Positions 52,593 through 64,000 of a DNA stretch of 64,000 nucleotides are shown here, piece by piece; position 1 is the stretch's first letter; each line of letters opens with the position of its first letter. The stretch is from an uncultured Gemmatimonadaceae bacterium (GTDB lineage: Bacteria > Gemmatimonadota > Gemmatimonadetes > Gemmatimonadales > Gemmatimonadaceae), in assembly GCA_963822945.1 (NCBI GenBank), contig CAWGJO010000020.1, positions 800,001 to 864,000 of the forward strand, given 5' to 3'. A model generated the notes under the pieces. The model did no database searches. It worked only from the letters and a program-made list of their open reading frames with translations, and was not told the DNA's origin. The position numbers and the translations under genes were made by a program.

Positions 52593-54698
52593 ATGACGAG
52601 ACGCAATTCGTGGGGACTGCTGGCGCTGTGCGCGGCGTTGCTCGCACCGGCCGCGGCTGCGGCGCAGGCCGCCCCGGGCGGTCCCGGTGAACAGCCGACC
52701 TGGACCGATGCCGCGAAGGACGGTATCGGGACGTCGGTGACGACCGCCTCCAAGGTGTGGTTCACGCTCCAGGGCGGCGTGCTCACCGAGGTCTACTACC
52801 CACGCGTGGACATGGCCGACGTGCACGGGCTGCAGTTCGCGGTGAGCGACGGCCGGCACGTCTGGATCGAGTCGCGCGACATGAAGCACCGCATCACGCG
52901 GATCGACGGCCAGGCGCTGCTGTTCCGGCAGACGAGCACCGATTCGGCGGGCCGGTTCACGATCACCAAGACGTACACCACCGATCCGGCGCACAACACG
53001 TTGCTCATCGACGTGACCTTCTCCGGGCCCGCGGGCGACGCGCTGTACGCGATCTACGAACCGGCGCTCGGCAACGCGGGCTACGGCAACAGCGCCGCCA
53101 CGGAGAACGGAGCGCTGGTGACGTCGAAGGACACGCTGGCCTCGGCGCTCATTGCCAGTGGCGGATTCAGCGAGACGTCGAACGGGTACGCGGGGGTGAA
53201 CGACGCCTACACCGACCTGCTGCTGCACCGCCGGCTGAACTGGCACTACACGAGCGCGGGCGACGGGCACGTGGTGCAGGTGGGACGGATCGCGCACCCC
53301 GGGCACTTCACGCTGGCCCTCGGGTTCGGGAGCACCACGGCCTCGGCGTTGGCGGAGGCGCGGGCCGGAATGGCCACGGGGTTCGCCGCGGCCAGCCGGT
53401 CGTATGCGGAGGGATGGCATCGCTACGTGGCCGGACTGCACCACGTCCAGCCGGCGTACGAGAAGGAGTTCCAGCTTGCGGCGATGGTCGTGCGGGCGCA
53501 CGAGGACAAGACGTACCGCGGCGCGATCATCGCCTCGATGAGCATTCCTTGGGGCTACGCGGTCCCGGCGGACAAGCCGACCGTGGGCGGCTACCACCTG
53601 GTGTGGGCGCGCGACCTGTACGAGGCGGCGACCTCGCTCATGGTGGCCGGCGACACGGCCACGGCGCGGCGCGCGGCGCGCTACCTGTTCGACGTACAAC
53701 AGGAGAAGGACGGCCGATTCCCGCAGAACAGCTGGCTGGACGGGAAGCCGTACTGGACGGGCATCCAGATGGACGAGCAGTCGTATCCCATCGTGCTGGC
53801 CTGGCAGCTCGGGCTCACCGACCACGACACGTGGGAAAAGCACATCCGCCCGGCGGCCGAGTTCGTGCTGGCGCACGGTCCGGCCACGGAGCAGGAGCGG
53901 TGGGAGGAAGTGCCGGGCTATTCGCCGTCCACCATCGCGGCCGAGATCGCGGGGCTGGTGTGCGCGTCGGAGATCGCCAAGCAGAACGGCGCCTCCGACG
54001 ACGCGGCCCGGTACATGAAGACGGCCGACGACTGGGCGGCGCACGTGGAGTCGTGGATGGTGACCACGACGGGCCACCTGAAGGGCGGCAAGCCGGGGAT
54101 GGGCTACTACATGCGCATCGACAACAACACCGATCCCAACGACGGTTATCAGTTGGACACGCGCAACGGGAGCGGAGTGCACGACGAGCGCGACGTGGTG
54201 GACCAGGGTTTCATCGAGCTGGTGCGCATGGGCATCCGTCCGGCCGACGACCCGACGATCGTGAACTCGCTCAAGGTCATCGACGCGACGATTCGCGTGC
54301 AGACGCCCAACGGGCCGGACTTCTACCGCTACAACCACGACGGATACGGCGAGACGTACTTCGGCGGTCCCTGGCTGGGTGAGGGCAAGGGCCGCTTGTG
54401 GCCGATCTTCGCCGGCGAGCGCGGCGAGTACGAGATCGCCGCGGGCGCGAACCCGGCTCCCTATCTGCAGGCGATGCTCGACTTCGCCAACGACGGGGGC
54501 ATGATCCCCGAACAGGTGTGGGACCGGGCCAACCCCACCCGCGTGCACTTCGTGTTCGGTCAGGGCACGGGAAGCGCCACGCCGCTGGTGTGGAGCATGG
54601 GCGAGTTCATGCGGCTGGCCATGGACGCGCAGGCCAAGCGGGTGCTCGAGCAGCCGGCGATCGTCGCCGAGCACTTCCTGCACGCCGCCAAACGCTGA
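52593..54698 (+). CDS. GH15 glucoamylase/glucodextranase
   Basis: Glucodextranase-type N-domain (VWFT..GVLTEVYYP), WARD, QERWEE, IPEQVW, ATPLVWS. Confidence 0.9.
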   Translation: MTRRNSWGLLALCAALLAPAAAAAQAAPGGPGEQPTWTDAAKDGIGTSVTTASKVWFTLQGGVLTEVYYPRVDMADVHGLQFAVSDGRHVWIESRDMKHRITRIDGQALLFRQTSTDSAGRFTITKTYTTDPAHNTLLIDVTFSGPAGDALYAIYEPALGNAGYGNSAATENGALVTSKDTLASALIASGGFSETSNGYAGVNDAYTDLLLHRRLNWHYTSAGDGHVVQVGRIAHPGHFTLALGFGSTTASALAEARAGMATGFAAASRSYAEGWHRYVAGLHHVQPAYEKEFQLAAMVVRAHEDKTYRGAIIASMSIPWGYAVPADKPTVGGYHLVWARDLYEAATSLMVAGDTATARRAARYLFDVQQEKDGRFPQNSWLDGKPYWTGIQMDEQSYPIVLAWQLGLTDHDTWEKHIRPAAEFVLAHGPATEQERWEEVPGYSPSTIAAEIAGLVCASEIAKQNGASDDAARYMKTADDWAAHVESWMVTTTGHLKGGKPGMGYYMRIDNNTDPNDGYQLDTRNGSGVHDERDVVDQGFIELVRMGIRPADDPTIVNSLKVIDATIRVQTPNGPDFYRYNHDGYGETYFGGPWLGEGKGRLWPIFAGERGEYEIAAGANPAPYLQAMLDFANDGGMIPEQVWDRANPTRVHFVFGQGTGSATPLVWSMGEFMRLAMDAQAKRVLEQPAIVAEHFLHAAKR

Positions 54699-54715
54699 TT
54701 CCAGGGAGAACGATC

Positions 54716-57202
54716 ATGCGCCGGCTGTTCCGCGGTCTCGTTCTCGCACTCGGCGCAGCCGCGCTCGGTCTCGGCGGCGCGCCGTCGAGGGCGGCGGCGC
54801 AGCGGGAGCGGCTGTCCATGGATCCCGGCTGGCGGTTCACGCTGGGCGACCCGGCGGGCGCCGAGCGGGTCCGGTTCGACGATCACGCGTGGCGCCGCGT
54901 GGATCTGCCGCACGACTGGAGTATCGAGGGCACGCCGACGGAGAACGCACCGGCGGGCGGCCGCGGCGCCTATCTGCCGACGGGCATCGGCTGGTACCGA
55001 AAGCTGTTCCGCCTGCCGGCGGGGTGGCGGGGCCACGAGGTGTGGCTGCAGTTCGACGGCATCTACATGAACAGCGACGTCTGGGTCAACGGCGTGCACG
55101 TGGGTCACCGGCCGTACGGCTACACGAGCCTGTCGTACGACGTGACGAAGGAATTGCGCGCGGGCACGAACGTGGTGGCCGTGCGCGTGGACAATTCGCT
55201 GCAGCCGAACTCCCGCTGGTACACGGGGAGCGGAATCTACCGGCACACCTGGCTCACGATGGTGGACCCGCTGCACGTGGCGCACTGGGGTGTGTACGTG
55301 ACCACGCCGTACGCGGACTCGGCGCGCGCGCTGGTGTCGGTGCGCACGCGCGTGCAGAACGACGAGCACTCCACGCGGCTCGGCACCCTTCGCACGGTGG
55401 TCGTGGACCGCGCGGGGCACGAAGTGGCGCGGGGCGACACCGCGTTCTCGCTCGCGGCGGGCGCCGCGGTGGAACTCGACCAGCGGCTGCGCGTCGAGTC
55501 GCCGATGCTCTGGTCGGTGGCGTCGCCGGCGCTCTACTCACTGCGCACCACCGTGTTGGAGGGCACGCGCGCGGTGGACACGACGGAGACCACGTTCGGC
55601 ATCCGCACCATTGAGTTCGACAAGGACCGCGGATTTCTGCTCAACGGCCAGCCGGTGAAGCTGCACGGCGTGAACGTGCACCAGAACGGGGGCGCAGTGG
55701 GCGCGGCCGTGCCGGAGCGCATCTGGGAGGCGCGGCTGGACTCGCTGAAGGCGATGGGCGTGAACGCCATCCGCACCTCGCACAACCCGCCGGCGCCCGA
55801 GTTCCTCGACCTGTGCGACCGGTTGGGGTTCCTGGTGATGGACGAGATGTACGACGAATGGACCTACGGGAAGGTGCCCTACGGCTCGCATCGCTTCTTC
55901 GCGACCTGGTCCGACAGCGACGTCACGGACTTCATCCACCGCGACCGCAACCATCCGTCGGTGGTGCTGTGGAGCGCGGGCAACGAGATCGGCGAACAGT
56001 CGACACCGGAAGGCGTGACGATCCTGAAGCGGCTGGTGGGCCTGTTCCACAGTCAGGATCCGACGCGGCCGGTGACCACCGGCAACGACCAGATCGCCGC
56101 GGATGGGCACCCTGCCCTCACGGCGTTCCTGAACGCCGAGGACGTGGTGGGCTACAACTACGTGGACCGGTGGCACGAACGGCGGGAGCTGTTCGCGGAG
56201 GAGGACCGGCACGCACATCCCGACTGGAAGATGGTGGGCACCGAGAGCGCGCCGGCCGGCAACGCGCCCGACGGCCGCTACTCGCTGGGGAGCGATTCGT
56301 CGGTGGTGCAGCCCAACTACACGTCGGGCATGCTGCGTGCGGAGCGGCTGCAGAAGTGGATCACCACGCACGACTACTTCTCCGGCGACTTCATGTGGAC
56401 CGGCCTCGACTACCTGGGCGAGGCGCGCTGGCCGAGCAAGGGCTTCGACTCCGGCGCGCTGGACATCACCGACCGCCCCAAGGATTCCTTCTACCTGTAT
56501 CAGAGTCTGTGGACCACCCGTCCCGTGTTGCACCTGTTCCCGCACTGGAACTGGCCGGGACGCGAGGGGCAGGTGATCCCGGTGCTCGCCTACACCAACT
56601 GCACGAGCGTCACGCTGTACCTCAACGGCCGCTCGCTGGGCGAGAAGCGGCTGCAGTTCCCGGCGCCGGGCACGTCGGGCGGATGGAACTCGTACGCCGG
56701 CCCGCACGTGGCGATGACGACCAACGATCTCCATCTCGAGTGGGACGTGCCGTACGAGCCCGGGGTGCTGCGCGCGGTGGGCGAACGCGACGGACACGAA
56801 GCGTGTCACGCCGAAGTCCGCACCGCGGGCGCGCCGGCGGCGGTTCGACTCGCCGCGGATCGCGATACGATAACCGCCGATCCGCGCGATGTGGGGTTGG
56901 TGCGATTCGAGATCGTGGATTCGGCGGGTACGGTGGTGCCCACGGCGGGCAACATGGTGCACGTCACGGTCACGGGGGCGGGCGGACGGATCGTGGCGTT
57001 GGACAACGGGGATCTGCTGAACCACGAGCCGTATCGCATGGACCATCGTGCGGCGTTCAACGGACGCGGGCTGGCCATCATTCGCGCGACGGCGCCCGGT
57101 GTGATGACGGTCACGATGACCGCCGCCGGGCTGAAGACGGGAACGCTCGTGCTGAACGTGGTGGCCGGGCGGCCGGAGGCGGTGGTGAAAGGATTGCGAT
57201 AG
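54716..57202 (+). CDS. GH2 glycoside hydrolase (beta-galactosidase-like), secreted
   Basis: LPHDWSI, SRWYTGSGIYR, NAIRTSHNPP, RDRNHPSVVLWSAGNE, DYLGE. Confidence 0.92.
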   Translation: MRRLFRGLVLALGAAALGLGGAPSRAAAQRERLSMDPGWRFTLGDPAGAERVRFDDHAWRRVDLPHDWSIEGTPTENAPAGGRGAYLPTGIGWYRKLFRLPAGWRGHEVWLQFDGIYMNSDVWVNGVHVGHRPYGYTSLSYDVTKELRAGTNVVAVRVDNSLQPNSRWYTGSGIYRHTWLTMVDPLHVAHWGVYVTTPYADSARALVSVRTRVQNDEHSTRLGTLRTVVVDRAGHEVARGDTAFSLAAGAAVELDQRLRVESPMLWSVASPALYSLRTTVLEGTRAVDTTETTFGIRTIEFDKDRGFLLNGQPVKLHGVNVHQNGGAVGAAVPERIWEARLDSLKAMGVNAIRTSHNPPAPEFLDLCDRLGFLVMDEMYDEWTYGKVPYGSHRFFATWSDSDVTDFIHRDRNHPSVVLWSAGNEIGEQSTPEGVTILKRLVGLFHSQDPTRPVTTGNDQIAADGHPALTAFLNAEDVVGYNYVDRWHERRELFAEEDRHAHPDWKMVGTESAPAGNAPDGRYSLGSDSSVVQPNYTSGMLRAERLQKWITTHDYFSGDFMWTGLDYLGEARWPSKGFDSGALDITDRPKDSFYLYQSLWTTRPVLHLFPHWNWPGREGQVIPVLAYTNCTSVTLYLNGRSLGEKRLQFPAPGTSGGWNSYAGPHVAMTTNDLHLEWDVPYEPGVLRAVGERDGHEACHAEVRTAGAPAAVRLAADRDTITADPRDVGLVRFEIVDSAGTVVPTAGNMVHVTVTGAGGRIVALDNGDLLNHEPYRMDHRAAFNGRGLAIIRATAPGVMTVTMTAAGLKTGTLVLNVVAGRPEAVVKGLR

Positions 57203-57376
57203 GACTGCAGTGTCCGCACCGTCGTCTGCAGTTTTCGCACGGCGATGCCGCGAAACCGGGTGCTGCAACCAAAACTCGATTGCTCTCGTATTAACAGCAC
57301 AGAGGCTTGCACCGTCCACCGGGCAAACCCAATGAGGCACCGCGGTGTCTCACCGAAAGAGCAACCGAGTTTTCAG

Positions 57377-58354
57377 ATGACTGAACAACTGGCCGCACAC
57401 CCCGAACTTCTGCCCGACGTCGATTCCCAAGTGGAACGGCGGCGGTTGGAAGCGGGCGTCAACGGCCAGTATCAGGTGGTCCGTGAACTGGGGCGCGGCG
57501 GGATGGGCGTCGTGTTCCTGGCGCGCGACGTCGCCCTGCACCGCACGGTGGCGATCAAGGTGCTGCGGCACGAGTTCGTGGATTCCGAAGATCACCGCGA
57601 GCGCTTCCGCCGCGAGGCGCGCCTGACGGCGCGGCTCAGCCACCCCGGCATCGTCCCGGTCTACACGCTCGGTGAACACCACGAGCTGGTGTACATCGTC
57701 ATGCAGTACGTGCAGGGGGCGTCGCTCGCCGACCGGCTGCGGACGGGCTCGAGGCTGCCGGCGGATCAGGCGGCGCAGGTGCTGTACGACCTGGCCGAGG
57801 CGCTGGACTACGCGCACCGCGAAGGGATGCTGCATCGCGATCTGAAAGCCGAGAACGTCCTGATCGAGCGGAGCACGGGGCGGGCGCGGCTCACCGACTT
57901 CGGGGTGGCCAAGCTGCGCGACGCGAGCCCCGACGAATGGGAGCGGGCGCATACGTTCGGGACGCCGCACTACATGTCGCCCGAGCAGGCGGCGGGCGAA
58001 GCGGACCTCGACGGCCGCAGCGACATCTATTCACTCGGCGTCCTCGGCTACCTGATGCTCTCGGGCAACCTTCCCTTCCACGGCAGCAGCTTCGCGGCGC
58101 TGGCGGCGCAGCACATCGTGCGCACGCCGCCTCCGCTCGGCGAACTCGCGCCCGACGCGCCGGAAGTCCTGGTGCGGGCGGTGGAGCGGTGCATGGCCAA
58201 GGAGCGGGACGACCGCTGGAAGACGGCGGCGGAGTTCGCGGACGCGCTAACCGGCAATATCGTACGAAAGAGGTTTCGTGGTGCGATCGGTCCGAGCGGA
58301 TGGGTGAAGGTCGTGGCGGGACTGGCAGCGGCGGCGGCGTTGTTCGGGCGGTAA
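57377..58354 (+). CDS. Hanks-type Ser/Thr protein kinase
   Basis: LGRGGMGVV, VAIK, HRDLKAEN, DFG, GTPHYMSPEQ, SDIYSLG; start uncertain. Confidence 0.92.
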   Translation: MTEQLAAHPELLPDVDSQVERRRLEAGVNGQYQVVRELGRGGMGVVFLARDVALHRTVAIKVLRHEFVDSEDHRERFRREARLTARLSHPGIVPVYTLGEHHELVYIVMQYVQGASLADRLRTGSRLPADQAAQVLYDLAEALDYAHREGMLHRDLKAENVLIERSTGRARLTDFGVAKLRDASPDEWERAHTFGTPHYMSPEQAAGEADLDGRSDIYSLGVLGYLMLSGNLPFHGSSFAALAAQHIVRTPPPLGELAPDAPEVLVRAVERCMAKERDDRWKTAAEFADALTGNIVRKRFRGAIGPSGWVKVVAGLAAAAALFGR

Positions 58355-58483
58355 GTTCGCTTAGTAACTGATGTGCCGTAAATAGACGGGTATGTGCTTG
58401 CGCATACCCGTTCTTCTTTTCGCTGACTGCTGCCCCATGCTCGCTGCCCGCTGCCTGCCAATTGACTTCCCTCTCCCGACTGG

Positions 58484-58510
58484 TCAATATACCCCCATGG
58501 GGTATGTTGA
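58484..58510. promoter_or_regulatory. CsoR-type operator upstream of copA
   Basis: Palindrome TCAATATACCCC-CAT-GGGGTATGTTGA with the TAC-C-tract/G-tract-GTA form; -35-like TTGACT at 58461. Confidence 0.85.
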
Positions 58511-58531
58511 CGAGTCTTCAGGGGTGAAGCG

Positions 58532-60939
<2,408 letters not shown>

Positions 60940-60943
<4 letters not shown>

Positions 60944-61321
60944 GCACGGAGCACGAGAGCAACGGCAGCGCGACCGCCGTCGACGGGACGGCCACCTGCG
61001 CGTGCGGAACCGCGCACGACGCCGTCGGGTGGGCGGCATGCCGTGGCGGTGGATCCGGAGATCAAGGGCAAGAACCTCCGCCGGCTGAAACGGATCGAAG
61101 GCCAGGTGCGCGGGCTGCAGCGGATGGTCGAGGAGGAGCGGTACTGCGCGGATATCCTGACCCAGCTCTCCTCGGTGCAGGAAGCGCTGCGGGCGGTGGG
61201 GCGGGAATTGATGAGGAATCACCTGCGGCACTGCGCGGCAACGGCGATCAGAGAGAGCGACGAGCAGGCGGAGGTGATGTATGACGAGTTGATCGATTTG
61301 ATGTATAAACACATCCGATAA
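60940..61321 (+). CDS. csoR: CsoR-family metal-sensing repressor (one +1 G near 61028; core ORF 61043-61321)
   Basis: [22 protein letters not shown]. The ATG overlaps the copA stop, and removing one G joins the two frames. Confidence 0.88.
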
Positions 61322-61339
61322 GGGGCGGGACTGAGAAAG

Positions 61340-61419
61340 GGCGCAGGGCCGAAACGACGCAGGACCGGTACTGCGCAGGGCCGGTACTACGCAGGGCATG
61401 AACAGCGCAGGGCCGAAAC
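61340..61419 (+). repeat. 16-bp tandem repeat x5 (nnCGCAGGGCCGnnAC), with a sixth copy at 61469-61484
   Basis: Units start at 61340, 61356, 61372, 61388 and 61404. Confidence 0.88.
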
Positions 61420-61485
61420 TGCGGGGAAAGGGAAGACAGAAGACAGCGAGTTGGAACACCGCCTCACCGCCGCAGGGCCGAAAGG

Positions 61486-61569
61486 CGTACCGGCGTACCG
61501 ACGTAGACGTACCGACGTACCGACGCACCGACCTACCGACCTACCGACCTACCGACCTACCGACCGACT
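61486..61569 (+). repeat. 8-bp tandem array drifting from CCGACGTA to CCGACCTA
   Basis: Seen directly upstream of the HD-GYP gene. Confidence 0.9.
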
Positions 61570-61570
61570 A

Positions 61571-62941
61571 TTGCCAGTTAGAGTAAGCCTCTCCGAAGTT
61601 CTCTCCGCGCTCTCGCATGCACTCGACCTCACGGAAGGCGCTCCGGTGGGGCACACCATGCGCTCCTGCCTCATCGGGATGCGTCTGGGTCGGGAAATGG
61701 GACTGGGCGCGGAGGACCTTTCCGCCCTCTACTACGCCCTGCTGCTCAAGGACGCCGGGTGTTCGGGCAACGCCTCGCGCATGGCGGCGCTGTTCGGGTC
61801 GGACGACAACGAGACCAAGGCCCGAATGAAGCTGGTGGACTGGCACCAGCGCGTGCGGTTGGCCGTGCACACTGCGCGCAACGTGGCGCGGGGGCAATCG
61901 TTGTTCAGGCGCGTGCGCCAGTTCCTGGTCATCGCGCGCACGGAGAACATGACGCGGGAGTTGATCACGCTGCGCTGTGAGCGCGGCGCCGCGATCGCCG
62001 GGCGACTCGGATTTCCCGAGGCCACGGCGGGGGCCATCCGGTCGCTGGACGAACACTGGTCGGGACTCGGGTACGCCGAAGGGCTGGCCGGGGAGGACAT
62101 TCCCCTTCTGGCGCGCATTGCCAACCTCGCGCAGACGGTGGAGGCCTTCCACGATGCGGAGGGGGTGGACGGCGCGATCGCCGTGGCCCGGGCGCGCAAC
62201 GGGCGGTGGTTCGACCCCGGCCTGGTGTCGATCGTCGACGGCTGGCAGCGGGACCGCGCCTGGTGGAGCGCCCTGCAGAGCGAAGACGTCACGGCACTCG
62301 TACTCGCCGAGGAGCCCGCAGACCGCGTGCGGTTCGTGGACGACGAGGGGTTGGACGAGGTGGCCCGCGCGTTCGCCGACATCATCGACGCCAAGTCGCC
62401 CTTCACCTTCGAACACTCGCGACGCGTGGCCGACTACGCCGTGGCAATGGCGCGTACGATGGGGTTCGGCGACGAGGAGATCCGGCGGCTCTACCGCGCC
62501 GGCCTGCTCCACGACATCGGAAAGCTCGGCGTGTCGAATCGCATCCTCGACAAACCGGGCGCATTGACCGGCGAGGAGCGGACTGCCATGGAACGGCATC
62601 CCGCAAACAGCCACGCCATTCTGGACCGGGTGACGGCGTTCCGCGACTTCGCCTGGACGGCAGCGCTGCACCATGAGAAGCTCGACGGCAGCGGGTACCC
62701 GTATGGCCTCACGGGCGACGCACTCGATGCGGCGGCCCGCTGTCTCACGGTGGCCGACATCTACGATGCGCTGACCACCGACCGCCCGTACCGGGCGGGG
62801 ATGGAGCGGGAGCGGGCGCTGGGGATCATCGAATCGGAGGCGGGGACGAAACTGTGCGGAGAGGCGGTTGAAGCGTTGAGACGGTGTGTAGGGGAGGTCA
62901 ACGGTCGGACTGCCGGACGGTCCGACGGTCCGACAGCCTGA
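61571..62941 (+). CDS. HD-GYP domain phosphohydrolase (tandem HD domains)
   Basis: LSEVLSALSHALDL, LLKDAGC, HSRRVA, LLHDIGK, HHEKLDGSGYP, RPYR; TTG start inferred. Confidence 0.9.
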   Translation: MPVRVSLSEVLSALSHALDLTEGAPVGHTMRSCLIGMRLGREMGLGAEDLSALYYALLLKDAGCSGNASRMAALFGSDDNETKARMKLVDWHQRVRLAVHTARNVARGQSLFRRVRQFLVIARTENMTRELITLRCERGAAIAGRLGFPEATAGAIRSLDEHWSGLGYAEGLAGEDIPLLARIANLAQTVEAFHDAEGVDGAIAVARARNGRWFDPGLVSIVDGWQRDRAWWSALQSEDVTALVLAEEPADRVRFVDDEGLDEVARAFADIIDAKSPFTFEHSRRVADYAVAMARTMGFGDEEIRRLYRAGLLHDIGKLGVSNRILDKPGALTGEERTAMERHPANSHAILDRVTAFRDFAWTAALHHEKLDGSGYPYGLTGDALDAAARCLTVADIYDALTTDRPYRAGMERERALGIIESEAGTKLCGEAVEALRRCVGEVNGRTAGRSDGPTA

Positions 62942-63011
62942 CCCCGAGGCCCGGTCTTTGCGAGCGCGCCTCTGCCGGTTCCGCCGATGGGCGCATTAGG
63001 TTGAGGCCATC

Positions 63012-64000
63012 ATGATTTCCCGATCCCTGCTCTGCATCGTCGCCGCGCTCTGCCTTTCCACTCGCGTGGCAGGCGCCCAGGCCCCCGTGATCGTGCCGAT
63101 GGGCGATCCCGCATACGGCGCCATCGATCGACTGGCCGGCGCCGGACTGGTGGACACGATGCTCACGGGGCAGCGGCCCTACACGCGCGACGAGTTCGCG
63201 GACATCGTCCGTCAGATACAGCGGAACGCTGCGGCATCCGAGCCTGGCCGGCTTGGTCCGGCTCTGCGTCGAGCGATCGACGATCTCTCGGCGCGATTCA
63301 CCGCCGGCGCGGCTGCGCCCGATTCGGCGAGTCCGCTCACCGCGCGATTCATCGACGCCATCGCGCTCATGGGGACGAGCACCAACGAGCAGCCACGTTG
63401 GGTGCCTCCCGTCAATGGAGCCGGCGGCGCGACGCACGCGTTCATCGCGCCGCTGGCGCTCGAGGCGCAGTCGGGAGGCCGAGACGTGATGCAGGGTTCC
63501 ACGGTGGCGCTGGAGAGTTGGCACCACTTCGCCATCGGCCCGCACCTGATGATCGAGGCGCATCCACGATTCCGGTTGTCCAATGACTCCTCGTTCGCCG
63601 GGGAGCACACGCTGTCGTTCCAGGAACTCTCGGCCAGCACGCAGCTTTCCAACGTGGTGGTTTCGGTGGGCAGGCAGCACCTGGAGTGGGGGCTCTCGCG
63701 GCATTCCAAGTTGTTCCTGTCGGCCAACGCGCCGGGCCTCGACATGATTCGGCTGGCGAACGACCGCCCGTGGGTTCTGCCCGGATTTCTCCGCGTGCTC
63801 GGCGCCAACTCGGCGTCCATCTTCGTGGCCGATCTCGGCCCGCGGACGTACTTCCCCCATACCAAGCTCATCGGGTACAAGTGGAGTATTCAGCCGAACG
63901 GCCGACTTCGAACTCGGGGTGAGCACGCTCAACTTCATGGGGGGCGCGGGGGCGCCCAAGGCCAACTTTCTGAAGCGCGTGGCGAGCGTGCTGTTCTTCC
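63012..64000 (+). CDS. Capsule assembly Wzi-family outer membrane protein (partial; probable +1 shift near 63903)
   Basis: Read manually: signal peptide MISRSLLCIVAALCL, DPAY..IDRL...RPYTR, VGRQHLEWG, LSANAPGLDMIRL. Confidence 0.7.
   Translation, partial: MISRSLLCIVAALCLSTRVAGAQAPVIVPMGDPAYGAIDRLAGAGLVDTMLTGQRPYTRDEFADIVRQIQRNAAASEPGRLGPALRRAIDDLSARFTAGAAAPDSASPLTARFIDAIALMGTSTNEQPRWVPPVNGAGGATHAFIAPLALEAQSGGRDVMQGSTVALESWHHFAIGPHLMIEAHPRFRLSNDSSFAGEHTLSFQELSASTQLSNVVVSVGRQHLEWGLSRHSKLFLSANAPGLDMIRLANDRPWVLPGFLRVLGANSASIFVADLGPRTYFPHTKLIGYKWSIQPNGRLRTRGEHAQLHGGRGGAQGQLSEARGERAVL

Noticed and set aside
50841..54698. 1285-aa fusion ORF
   Set aside because: Artefact: the GH13 signal peptide frame runs through an off-frame stretch into GH15, which has its own SD, ATG (52593) and signal peptide.
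58422..58459. Degenerate GCTGCCC-like repeats upstream of the copA promoter
   Set aside because: Too short and irregular to call as an array, though possibly related to the other simple repeats.
61340..61484. Mini-CRISPR from the 16-bp repeats
   Set aside because: The units are directly adjacent without spacers and too short for CRISPR repeats.

Overview
This window covers the chromosomal replication-origin region of a GC-rich diderm bacterium; gene content and order suggest Gemmatimonadota, which is an inference. From left to right it holds: a sensor kinase and an AraC regulator; the RNase P RNA (rnpB, absent from the ORF track); dnaN-oriC-dnaA; rpmH-rnpA-yidD-yidC-mnmE; and a housekeeping block (upp, beta-CASP nuclease, M16 peptidase pair, NUDIX, ECF sigma/anti-sigma, holA, mutS, CBS, ddl, a cluster-less QueE-like gene, rhomboid, queF). 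These are followed by two tandem paralogous Oar-like TonB-dependent receptors, tRNA-Phe, an ECF-FecR-TBDT-GGT module, an SSS transporter, a SusC/SusD alpha-glucan utilisation locus (2x GH13, GH15, GH2), a Ser/Thr kinase, copA-csoR, an HD-GYP protein and a partial Wzi-like gene. Four observations stand out. First, a QueE-like protein has lost the radical-SAM cysteines and lies near a QueF with an insertion in its catalytic loop. Second, a family of short-period tandem repeats (GTCGG/CCGAC 8-mers, ACTGCA, 16-mers) sits beside terminators and has entered copA in frame. Third, there is a GC trough centred on oriC. Fourth, a cell-surface-signalling module is coupled to a gamma-glutamyltransferase. 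About ten single-base frameshifts look like long-read consensus errors. I found no CRISPR array, integrase or transposase.
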